64,000 bases of DNA, taken from positions 160,001-224,000 of the forward strand of contig CAYSCM010000001.1 of the NCBI GenBank assembly GCA_964429815.1. The letters run 5' to 3'. The position numbers and the translations under genes are program-made. Positions within the stretch are counted from its first letter, which is position 1. The number at the start of each line of letters is the position of its first letter. Below, one piece after another: positions 33,403 through 41,737 of the stretch. The stretch comes from an uncultured Candidatus Saccharibacteria bacterium (GTDB taxonomy: Bacteria > Patescibacteriota > Minisyncoccia > Phycocordibacterales > CAYSCM01). The notes under the pieces were generated by a model. That model was not told where the DNA came from. It was given only the letters and a program-made list of their open reading frames with translations, and searched no databases.

Positions 33403-34016
33403 CAGGCTGCCTTCACTTTGGCTTGAGATTTATTATATTCCCTATCCTCCTGGTGAACGAGGCGGATTTCCGACCACACGCACATCGTCCATATAGGTAT
33501 TGCATTTAACCCAGGCGCTAATTTAACCGCGATGAGAATCAAATCTCGGATCGGGCGTTTTAGTGTCAAAAAGTTATGACCAGAAGTAGCAAACCATCCA
33601 ATGAAAATAAAGAAAATCACGATCGACAAAACCGTGTTGATGATGAGTCCAATGATGAGAAAGGTGAGAACAAGTTGGATAAGATCGAAAAACATCGCCA
33701 CTCCCATCATGGCCGCATACTGAAGTCCTCCGATGCGGTGACGTTTTTTTGCGGGTACGGAAACGCGTTGGGCCGTCGCCACTTGAGCGGGCTCCCGTGG
33801 TGAAACCCGCGTATATCCCGATGGCTGCCGTTGCCAAAACGCACGCTCTTGCGGGTCGAGTTCCTTACTCCCCATGCTCACCTTCGGGTTCCCGCCTATG
33901 CGAATGCCTCGCTTTACTCCTTCGGCTCGTAAGGCTTCGTATTCCTGTCGAGTCATGGAGGGATCCGCTCCAGCCGGAGGGGTCCACTTTTTTGATTGCG
34001 GGTCACGCGGAGGCAT
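33402..34016 (-). CDS. Membrane protein, hypothetical (T4SS-like cluster)
   Basis: Basic N-terminus followed by three hydrophobic helices. Confidence 0.45.
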   Translation of the reverse strand: MPPRDPQSKKWTPPAGADPSMTRQEYEALRAEGVKRGIRIGGNPKVSMGSKELDPQERAFWQRQPSGYTRVSPREPAQVATAQRVSVPAKKRHRIGGLQYAAMMGVAMFFDLIQLVLTFLIIGLIINTVLSIVIFFIFIGWFATSGHNFLTLKRPIRDLILIAVKLAPGLNAIPIWTMCVWSEIRLVHQEDREYNKSQAKVKAA

Positions 34017-34018
34017 GA

Positions 34019-35851
34019 CTATTTATTCGCCTCGGCCTCGAGCTCCTGGCGGGCCTTTTTAATAGCGAGAATTTGGCTCGGATCGGAGGTGATGATTTGA
34101 TCTTCGGTATAAGAGGCGATGATTTTGATGGCGACGTGTTTGAGGCCGGCAAAGAATATCCCCTCTCCCACGTCCGATTCCAGGAGCAGGTACTTTTCCT
34201 CGTCGGTGAGGTTAAACGTTTTCTGCACGTTGTCGATGGAGGTTGGCGATTGCTTCAGCAGCAGCTGAATGGAGGAGTTGGTTATCATAGGGAGCCCGTA
34301 GGGAGAGTTCAAGAAATCAGAAACGTCTTGCGTGATGGTGGCAAGACCCAGGAAGTATTTGCGCCCGCGTTTGGCGACCGAAAAGAGGAAACTCGCCGTA
34401 TCCTCGCTCTGCATCATCCAGTGCGCTTCATCGACGATAAAGAGGCGTTTCTTGAGCTCCTTGCGCACTGCGGTCCAGATGAAGTGCGTGACGATGTACA
34501 TGGCGACGGGCTTGAGCTCATCCTCCATGTCGCGCACGGAGAATACGACAAAATTTTTGTTGATATCGACATTGGTCGGGCGATTGATGAAACCTGCCCA
34601 CGTACCCTTGGTGTACTTGGAGAGGCGCTGCACGAGCGACTCGGAGCCTTCCATTCCGGCGAGCACGAGCTCGAAGTCGGAGAGGAGCGGCGGCTCGATG
34701 CTGGTGAAGTCGCTCTCCCCCGTTATGTCCTTGAGCGCATAGGTTTCCGTGATAGCCCGGTCGATGATGGAGTCTTCCTCCGGCGTTAGGCCGCCGAGCA
34801 TGATGCGGAACAGGCCCACGAGATTCACGATGTTGCTTCGAAGCACGTCGCCGGGAGCTTCGTCTTCCCGCGGGGTCGGCAGGTCGAAGGGGTTGATGTG
34901 GTGCTCGGAGGTGAGGGATATGTTGAAGTAGCGCCCACCGACGGCGTCCGCCATGTACTCGTACTCACGCTCAGGGTCGATGACAATGACCTCGGTGCCG
35001 AACATAAGGGAGCGCAAAATTTCGAGCTTTACCGCGTAGGATTTGCCGGCGCCGGATTTTGCGAACGTCACCGAGTTGTAGTTTTCGAGGCTAAAGCGAT
35101 CAAAGAGGATGAGGGAGCTGTTGTGGCGGTTGATGCCGTAGAGAATTCCCTTGTCGGAAGTGAGATCGAAGGAGACAAAGGGAAAGAGCGAGGAGAGCGG
35201 CGAGGAGTTGAGCTTCGTGTGCACGGAGAGCTCATCGGAGGCTATGGGAAGTACGGAGCGGAACCCCTGCTCCTGCTGAAAGAGCGCGGGCTTCACGTAG
35301 ATGAGGCGGCTCTCGAGCATGGTCTTTATCTCGCTCTCCACCTTGTCGAGCTCTTCCTGCGAGTTGCCATAGATAGAAATGTAAAGCCCGACATCGAAGA
35401 GTTTCTCTTGCGCCTGCTGGAGCTGGTCGCGGAGCGATTCAAGGTCACGATAGGCGGTGTCGAGCATTGGATCGCGCACGAGCCCGCGCTCCTCTCGGGT
35501 CGTGATCTGACTTTGCACCTCCGCGACCTTTTTTTGGAATTTCCGAAGCACTGTAGCGGTGTCCGCCGGATGCACGAATATGGATACGTCGAAGACCCGA
35601 TCGAGATTTATGATGGGAGCAAACCAGGAATCCGCGAGGTAGCGTGGGTAGGAAATAACAAATAGCGTGCGCACCAGCTTGTCGCCGAGATTCATCTCCC
35701 GCGGGGTGATCTTGAGCGCTGAAGGGGCGATGATGTCGTGGAACTCAAGCGCTCCCGCTTCATAGATTTCCTGCGGCAAAATGGGAGTGACCGGGACTTC
35801 CCTCCTCTTTTTCCCGCCCAAGCCTCCTGTGAGAAAATCAAGTAGAGCCAT
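34019..35851 (-). CDS. VirB4/TrbE/CagE-family type IV secretion ATPase (C-terminal ATPase portion)
   Basis: Walker A FAKSGAGKSYAVKLEIL. Walker B LFIVDEAHWMM. About 600 aa of VirB4-like sequence. Confidence 0.8.
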   Translation of the reverse strand: MALLDFLTGGLGGKKRREVPVTPILPQEIYEAGALEFHDIIAPSALKITPREMNLGDKLVRTLFVISYPRYLADSWFAPIINLDRVFDVSIFVHPADTATVLRKFQKKVAEVQSQITTREERGLVRDPMLDTAYRDLESLRDQLQQAQEKLFDVGLYISIYGNSQEELDKVESEIKTMLESRLIYVKPALFQQEQGFRSVLPIASDELSVHTKLNSSPLSSLFPFVSFDLTSDKGILYGINRHNSSLILFDRFSLENYNSVTFAKSGAGKSYAVKLEILRSLMFGTEVIVIDPEREYEYMADAVGGRYFNISLTSEHHINPFDLPTPREDEAPGDVLRSNIVNLVGLFRIMLGGLTPEEDSIIDRAITETYALKDITGESDFTSIEPPLLSDFELVLAGMEGSESLVQRLSKYTKGTWAGFINRPTNVDINKNFVVFSVRDMEDELKPVAMYIVTHFIWTAVRKELKKRLFIVDEAHWMMQSEDTASFLFSVAKRGRKYFLGLATITQDVSDFLNSPYGLPMITNSSIQLLLKQSPTSIDNVQKTFNLTDEEKYLLLESDVGEGIFFAGLKHVAIKIIASYTEDQIITSDPSQILAIKKARQELEAEANK

Positions 35852-35853
35852 AG

Positions 35854-36489
35854 CTATAGGTTCGCTGCGATCGGCTTTTCGAGCTCACCGGGGTTGAAGA
35901 GTTTGTAGTAAAGCTCGATGGCTTCCTCGGTGCCTAAGGTCGCGACCCTAACTCCGGTGCGCACGAGCCCTTGCTCGACGACCGCGACGCGTTGCTCAAG
36001 TTGGGTGCGGCTCTCTTCGAACGTCGCGGCGGCCTCCTCCTTCGTTTTTTTGCCGAAGCTCGGGAGCGTTGGGAGCCCGCTTTTTCCCACGGAGAGCACC
36101 GCCGGCGAGTACGGCACAACGATAAAGAAATTTTTCGTCATAATGTTGGCCTGCTCGACGAAGCTTTTTATGAAATCAATGTACTCGCGTGTCTGGATTT
36201 TCATAAGCTCGGTGGTCTGCTCTTTGTACTTTCCCTCAAGGAGCGCCACGTAGGGGCGGATATCGAGCTGGCGTGATTCGATGAATATCTGGATGGAAAA
36301 GTCGAGCGAGTTGAGGAAGTTTTGGAACTGCGCGAGGATGGCGGTCTGTTCGTCGGCGGATTTAAGCGCAAAATTGAGCGAGGAGGCGATGAGAATGGAG
36401 CGCAACCCTCCGTCCTTGAGGACCACGATGCCATCACGCACCTCCTTGATGGGCACGAACTCCTGGCTTGCTTTTCCGGCGACGGCCAT
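35854..36489 (-). CDS. VirB4 N-terminal domain encoded as a separate ORF
   Basis: GIVVLKDGGLRSILIASSLNFALKSADEQTAILAQFQNFLNSLDFSIQIFIESRQL matches the conserved VirB4 N-terminus. Its stop lies 2 nt before the ATG of the ATPase ORF, in a different frame. Confidence 0.6.
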   Translation of the reverse strand: MAVAGKASQEFVPIKEVRDGIVVLKDGGLRSILIASSLNFALKSADEQTAILAQFQNFLNSLDFSIQIFIESRQLDIRPYVALLEGKYKEQTTELMKIQTREYIDFIKSFVEQANIMTKNFFIVVPYSPAVLSVGKSGLPTLPSFGKKTKEEAAATFEESRTQLEQRVAVVEQGLVRTGVRVATLGTEEAIELYYKLFNPGELEKPIAANL

Positions 36490-36495
36490 GGTGAT

Positions 36496-36909
36496 TTAGC
36501 GATAGGCGCCCGTTTTCTCCTTTATATCGAGGCTCCAGGCGAGATCCTTAAGTTTGCTCTCCGAGAGCTTAGGCACGACGATAGTCGCCTCCAGTTTCGT
36601 CTCCGGAGTGGCTTTTGCGGCGGCTTTGGGAACAACCTTTTTCCAGAGGTAGAGCCGGCCGCGCATCATGTAGTAGAAGGCCGCCTCGAGAGTCTCGATG
36701 AACGGACGATTATTTATCTTATAGAACGCAAGTGCAGCGGAAAGCGCGGCGACCGGAATACCAAGGAGTATCACGAGAAAAAGTGGCAGAAAAACGTAGA
36801 GAATGGCGATCACTCCTCCACCGCCGGCGAGGTAGACAAACTGGCGGAACGTGAGGGGCCCCACTATCTTGTCTTCCACCTCAATGAACTGCGGCACCTG
36901 GAACTGCAT
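36496..36909 (-). CDS. PrgI/VirB3-like small T4SS membrane protein
   Basis: MQFQVPQFIEVEDKIVGPLTFRQFVYLAGGGGVIAILYVF... matches the PrgI-family start (..P.fi..edki.GpLT.rQ..yl) plus two TM helices. Directly upstream of VirB4. Confidence 0.55.
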   Translation of the reverse strand: MQFQVPQFIEVEDKIVGPLTFRQFVYLAGGGGVIAILYVFLPLFLVILLGIPVAALSAALAFYKINNRPFIETLEAAFYYMMRGRLYLWKKVVPKAAAKATPETKLEATIVVPKLSESKLKDLAWSLDIKEKTGAYR

Positions 36910-36982
36910 AGAAGTAGTATACCCCGCGCAAAGCCGCATCGCGGCTTTGCGCTGTAGATTCGGCGCGTACTACTATGAGTGC

Positions 36983-37273
36983 ATGAAATTCTATACGCCA
37001 AACTATGGAAACGCTTCACACGACGCCCGTCCGCAGTTTGAAATGCGCGGCAACGCCATCTACATCACCGCGCACCACCCCGGCTTTACCCCCAAAGGGG
37101 CGGTGCTCCCCTGGTATGAAAATAGGGGCGGGAAAGTCTATGCGACCGAGCATCACCCCGAGGGCAAATCACTCCATCCGGTCTATGAAATCCGGGGCGA
37201 TAGGGTGCACACTACGGTCGAACATTCTCAGCACGACCCACTACGCCACAGCTTTGAACTCCGCCTGCATTAA
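36983..37273 (+). CDS. Small His-rich protein with three ~24-aa tandem repeats
   Basis: Repeats FEMRGNAIYITAHHPGFTPKGAVLPWYE / ENRGGKVYATEHHPEGKSLHPVYE / EIRGDRVHTTVEHSQHDPLRHSFE. Opposite strand to the surrounding cluster. Confidence 0.35.
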   Translation: MKFYTPNYGNASHDARPQFEMRGNAIYITAHHPGFTPKGAVLPWYENRGGKVYATEHHPEGKSLHPVYEIRGDRVHTTVEHSQHDPLRHSFELRLH

Positions 37274-37281
37274 AGCGAGTT

Positions 37282-37680
37282 CTATTTTTTTCGATATACA
37301 AATACTGACTTTATGCCGATGATGATCAGACTGATCAAGAAGAAAAGTATCGAGAGGAAGAACGAAATCCGCCCCTTGTCATTCGGAAACATCCAGTCAG
37401 TGCTGGTATTTGGCGCGATAAGTATCAACGCCACGGAGATTGCAAGAAACCACTGGGCAAAGCGGATCCACATTCGGAAAATTTCATCTCGGAGTTTATA
37501 GGTGACTAAACTCAAGATGAACAAAATTGGAAAAAACCTAAGTAAATCAATCAACCACAAAGTCTGATCTCTACAGAAAAAAAATTTATCTTGACATCCA
37601 TTACGAAGCACGAGGCTGAGAAGGATAAGAAACATTCCCGCGCCTATTCCGGAAAAAATTAAAAGAGTTTTTTTGGTCAT
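37282..37680 (-). CDS. Small polytopic membrane protein encoded in a locally AT-rich segment
   Basis: 132 aa, four hydrophobic helices, K/F/I-rich. Composition unlike the flanking GC-rich genes. Confidence 0.45.
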   Translation of the reverse strand: MTKKTLLIFSGIGAGMFLILLSLVLRNGCQDKFFFCRDQTLWLIDLLRFFPILFILSLVTYKLRDEIFRMWIRFAQWFLAISVALILIAPNTSTDWMFPNDKGRISFFLSILFFLISLIIIGIKSVFVYRKK

Positions 37681-37682
37681 AA

Positions 37683-40679
37683 CTATCTCAATCCTACCGT
37701 CACCGAATAGGTCTTTCCATCATCTAGCTGTGCAGACACTTTATACCAGTACCCAGGAGTAACCCCCTTCGTGTTCCAGTTGTAAATATATTGCCCTGGT
37801 GCCGAGTCCCAACGAAACTCACCTCCAGAGGTGCTGGGGTCGGAATATGTTGACTCATCGATGGCGGCAGTTAAAGTCGAGCCTTTAATCGGGGTAAGCC
37901 AAACTGGATTTTTACCTGCTTGTGCTAGCATTCCATTCACTTTCTTAAGTTGGAATTTTACCGGTACGGTACTTCCTCCTTTAAAAACGCTTAGAGACTG
38001 AGTGGGATTAATCGACGGGTCGTTTATTGGCTGGAGAAAACCGCTCCACCGATAGGTGATAGTCAGTGTGCCGACAATAAAAGAGGTGAATTGGTAGGTG
38101 CTCGAAGTTAAGGTGCCTATGGTGCAAATAATTGGATAAATTCCAATACCAGTTGTTGCTGTTGCCGTGGTTGAACATTGTGGAACCCCGGCAATGTCGT
38201 TGTGTGCCGCATCATCGCCATTTACAAATCCGCTGAAACTTACCGTAAAGGAAGGAATAGGAGAACCGAGCACGATGGTTTTATTATCCACGGTGACCGT
38301 AAGGGGATTGAAAACTACTAGTCCGTCCAACTTCGGAGTGAGAGAATAAACTGTAGTTCCGTCTCCGTTTACATCGAGTGAGAGAGGACTCGCGCCAGCG
38401 ATCGTCCCGTCAGAGAAATTCATAGTCGCGATGGTAGTTGTTGCCGAAGGAATGTCTGCGAACGTTGTTGTTGCAAGAATAGAATTCCCTTCAACCTCTT
38501 CTATTTTGAGAGTAAATCCTCCAGCCGATTCTCCTTCCAACCGCAGAGTCGGGAGGTCTTCTGCAGGGACACTCACGTATTTAATGTCACCAAACTCAGT
38601 GTACGTTGCTCCTGGGATGGTATTTTCAAGAATCCTTGTACTCGTTGCTAGTTTCAGGTGGTTCCCATTTTTATCATTGATCTCAATGGAAAGTGGTGAG
38701 TGCAGGAAGTATCTTAGACGCTTTTGAATTAAATGAGAGGGAACTTCTTTGGAGATGTATTGCGGTAGCTGTGCTGCGCTATTTATAATGATACCGTCAA
38801 TCAAATCGTTGAGTTGCCCAACTTCAAGGATGTCTGCGTGGTCTCTGCCCAAAGGAATAGTGAGTCGGTTGTCCTTATTGAACTGGTTCAAATCAACCCA
38901 ATATCTGCTCACGTTAGGCGAGCTCGTACTCATCGTGAGCGCACTTGGAGTGACTACAGTTCCGTCCCCATCGACAACGATGCCAAGGTCTTCGTCGAGA
39001 CATGGGTTGTACCTGAGACAATGGTAAAAGCCACCATTTCGATAAGAAATATTACCCACTGTTTCGTTGCCCCACCCCGCAATTTGATACAACTGAATTC
39101 CCGACGGTGGAACCCACGTATCGAGATGGCTATGCAGGACGTCAGCATCATTCAAGAGCAATGCATTACCGACGAGAGGATAGGTCACATTGGAAAATGA
39201 AGGCCCAGTTCGCCCCTCGATCCCCGAGACAAATGAAGCGAGCTCATTGAAAGTATTTATATTCGAGCCATAGGCGTCAGTAAATATTTTTGTCGTGCTG
39301 CCGCTCCGAAATGATATGGGTGGAGTAATCACATCACTCCCAGGCCCGTCAAAGTACGCTCGGGACGGGAGGAGGTTGTACACCATTGGAGAATTTTGTG
39401 CGAATGCGCGCGCCGTCGCCTCGCTTAGAACGAACCCCAAGGCATGTGATTGATTGGTTCCATCCAGGAGAGCCCCTACGGCGATAGGGGTCCCCGTTTG
39501 AGGAACGGCGACAAAAATAATCTTGTCGATAAGGGAGCTAGCTTCCGGACCGAGTATTTCCATCAATCTTTTGGCCAAAAGGCCCCCGTTGGAATGGGCG
39601 ATGATAGTGACTTTTCCGGTATTCGAGGTTCCGGCCAAGCGTCGAAGTTCCTGGAGTATGTACGGGGTCGTAGTGGAGCGGAGGTTTCCCGAATAGTAGA
39701 TATGATCGCCGACCTGATGCCCATACTTTAGAATATCATCGAGCGACAATCGCCAGTCATAAGCAGCCGGCAGCCAATCCTTGATCGTGCCGGCGGTTTT
39801 GAGTTGATCCATTTCACCGATAAAACTTTTGTAAATATTCGCTCCGGTCGGCAATTCGTCGATAACGTCGCCGATTTTTGTATATATATCGCCACGCACG
39901 CTTGAACCATCCGGATTCATGAAAAGATCCCGCGCATCGGCATTGCTGAAGGGCTCCCACAGTCTATCTTCCCCTCCGCCGTCGGCCGGGCGATATAAGC
40001 GACTTGCCTCTATGCCAGGCAAAAAGAGCACGTTTGAGTTGCTTTGCGTATTGATATTACTCGTTCCGAGTTCGTCATACATCAGAAGATCGCCCAGGTC
40101 TGGGCGTGCACCGAATTCTGCCGACAAAGCGACGGTGTCGATGAAATCTCCCGCCGCATGAGCCACGGCGCCTACCCACGAGCAGTGTCCAACATCAACA
40201 TCATCTTGCTGAAAACATGTTTCCTTGGCACCTACATGATCTCGCCATGCAAAAAGATATTGATGCCACTGTCCATCGAGAGGAGTAAATCTATTTCTGA
40301 ATTCACAATTGGTTGAAGCCGAAACATTCGGCGCACCGGTACAAAGTAAAACGATGCTGCCGTACCCAAATTGAGCCCATCCGCTCTGGGCTTTTGCGTA
40401 GAATGTGATGTTTCCTTCGGTTAACGGAGTCCCTGTTTTGTAAATTCTAGGAATTTGGAAAAGCACGGTACTTTGAAGACATTGACCGGAGATACACCCG
40501 CTGCTCACTTGGGTAAACGGGCCTACACTTCCACCGTACACGTTCCAGCCAAAGTATCCGAAGGGTAAATCGAAGGAGTCGGAGACGGGAGCGGCCGCAA
40601 ACGCGTGACTGCCGGAGAGAAGAAGAAAAAATAGTCCGAAAACGAAAACGAAGAGTCGCCAGTAGCGGACTTTTTTCAT
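37683..40679 (-). CDS. Large secreted protein (998 aa) with a lipase-like alpha/beta-hydrolase domain
   Basis: Signal peptide. AHSNGG nucleophile elbow (GKVTIIAHSNGGLLAKRLMEILG; compare Bacillus LipA AHSMGG). Long beta-rich C-terminal region. Confidence 0.55.
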   Translation of the reverse strand: MKKVRYWRLFVFVFGLFFLLLSGSHAFAAAPVSDSFDLPFGYFGWNVYGGSVGPFTQVSSGCISGQCLQSTVLFQIPRIYKTGTPLTEGNITFYAKAQSGWAQFGYGSIVLLCTGAPNVSASTNCEFRNRFTPLDGQWHQYLFAWRDHVGAKETCFQQDDVDVGHCSWVGAVAHAAGDFIDTVALSAEFGARPDLGDLLMYDELGTSNINTQSNSNVLFLPGIEASRLYRPADGGGEDRLWEPFSNADARDLFMNPDGSSVRGDIYTKIGDVIDELPTGANIYKSFIGEMDQLKTAGTIKDWLPAAYDWRLSLDDILKYGHQVGDHIYYSGNLRSTTTPYILQELRRLAGTSNTGKVTIIAHSNGGLLAKRLMEILGPEASSLIDKIIFVAVPQTGTPIAVGALLDGTNQSHALGFVLSEATARAFAQNSPMVYNLLPSRAYFDGPGSDVITPPISFRSGSTTKIFTDAYGSNINTFNELASFVSGIEGRTGPSFSNVTYPLVGNALLLNDADVLHSHLDTWVPPSGIQLYQIAGWGNETVGNISYRNGGFYHCLRYNPCLDEDLGIVVDGDGTVVTPSALTMSTSSPNVSRYWVDLNQFNKDNRLTIPLGRDHADILEVGQLNDLIDGIIINSAAQLPQYISKEVPSHLIQKRLRYFLHSPLSIEINDKNGNHLKLATSTRILENTIPGATYTEFGDIKYVSVPAEDLPTLRLEGESAGGFTLKIEEVEGNSILATTTFADIPSATTTIATMNFSDGTIAGASPLSLDVNGDGTTVYSLTPKLDGLVVFNPLTVTVDNKTIVLGSPIPSFTVSFSGFVNGDDAAHNDIAGVPQCSTTATATTGIGIYPIICTIGTLTSSTYQFTSFIVGTLTITYRWSGFLQPINDPSINPTQSLSVFKGGSTVPVKFQLKKVNGMLAQAGKNPVWLTPIKGSTLTAAIDESTYSDPSTSGGEFRWDSAPGQYIYNWNTKGVTPGYWYKVSAQLDDGKTYSVTVGLR

Positions 40680-40735
40680 CCGGGAAGCCTACCATTGTCC
40701 CGCTTAGAGTCAATGCATACCGTGGCGTGCATTGA

Positions 40736-40773
40736 ATACTCAAATTATAAGCTATAGCTTATAATTTGAGTAT
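40736..40773. repeat. 38-bp perfect palindrome ATACTCAAATTATAAGCTATAGCTTATAATTTGAGTAT (copy B)
   Basis: Differs from copy A (9449..9486) by one substitution in each arm, and the two changes are complementary, so the palindrome stays perfect. Confidence 0.65.
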
Positions 40774-40829
40774 GGTGTTTTTCTGCTGCACACCGCTCTG
40801 AGCCTACAACGACATCTGGTCGGGTCTGA

Positions 40830-41732
40830 TTAGGAGAGGGGTTCGCGGTAGGGGTCGACTTTTGGCTTTTCAGGACCTGCGGAGGCGGAGGGGCCTATCG
40901 GTGGCACGATTTTTTTCTCCTGCATCGGGGAGCGCACCTGGCTTTGGAGCTTCGCCGCGGTGAAGTCTTGTCCAAAAGTGCGAAGTGGGGGAAGTGAGCT
41001 TTCCTGCACCGGCGCTCCCACCACCGGCCCTCTATTAATAGAGGGGGTCGGGGCAGGTTGCGGTGCGACCAGAGATGTGGCTTTTGTCGGAGCTGAGGAG
41101 ACCGAGGCCGGACGGACGGGAATTTCTGGCGTCTTTTGAAGAGCAGCTATCGCGTCGGCGAGAGCTTCTCTGCCGCCGGGCGCCGTCGAGGGGCGCGCAG
41201 GAATTGAACTCGAAAGTGGAGGTTTTGTCTGGGGAGGGGGCGGGGCTTGCCTTGGTACTTGCTCCCCAGGTGGCCTTTGTGGTTGCGGGGTTTGCGTCGC
41301 GGGTTGCGGTCGTGGTGTTTGTTGGGGTGCGGCTCCTCCTTCCCCACCGCGGGCATGTGCGAAGGGGGCGGATTGAAGGGAGGGCGTTATATCTCCTTTG
41401 AGAGGAGTTTGTTTTGAGGGTTCCTCGGTAATTTTTTTAAGAGAGTCGCGAATGGGTTTAAAAATCTGTTCATTAACATCCAGAACAACCGAGCCGACTT
41501 TTTCTACAGGAAAACCACGTTTTCGAAGTTCATCTGGTAGTACCTCAGCCTTAATTTCTCCAAGAATGACTAGCGTGATTACATCACTAAGAAGACCAAC
41601 CTTATCAATGAGTAGCGCCTGTTTCCTACCAATGGCTTGAATAGCTTCTGTTACTTTCTCAGAAAAAAGAACGTCTTGGAGTTCTGAAGGAAGTTGGAAT
41701 ATCCGTCTTATTTTTTGCTTAGTATCGATCAT
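40830..41732 (-). CDS. Pro/Ala-rich low-complexity protein, hypothetical
   Basis: 300 aa with long PQ/PA-rich stretches. Structured N-terminal 100 aa. Confidence 0.4.
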   Translation of the reverse strand: MIDTKQKIRRIFQLPSELQDVLFSEKVTEAIQAIGRKQALLIDKVGLLSDVITLVILGEIKAEVLPDELRKRGFPVEKVGSVVLDVNEQIFKPIRDSLKKITEEPSKQTPLKGDITPSLQSAPFAHARGGEGGAAPQQTPRPQPATQTPQPQRPPGEQVPRQAPPPPQTKPPLSSSIPARPSTAPGGREALADAIAALQKTPEIPVRPASVSSAPTKATSLVAPQPAPTPSINRGPVVGAPVQESSLPPLRTFGQDFTAAKLQSQVRSPMQEKKIVPPIGPSASAGPEKPKVDPYREPLS

Positions 41733-41737
41733 ACTTC

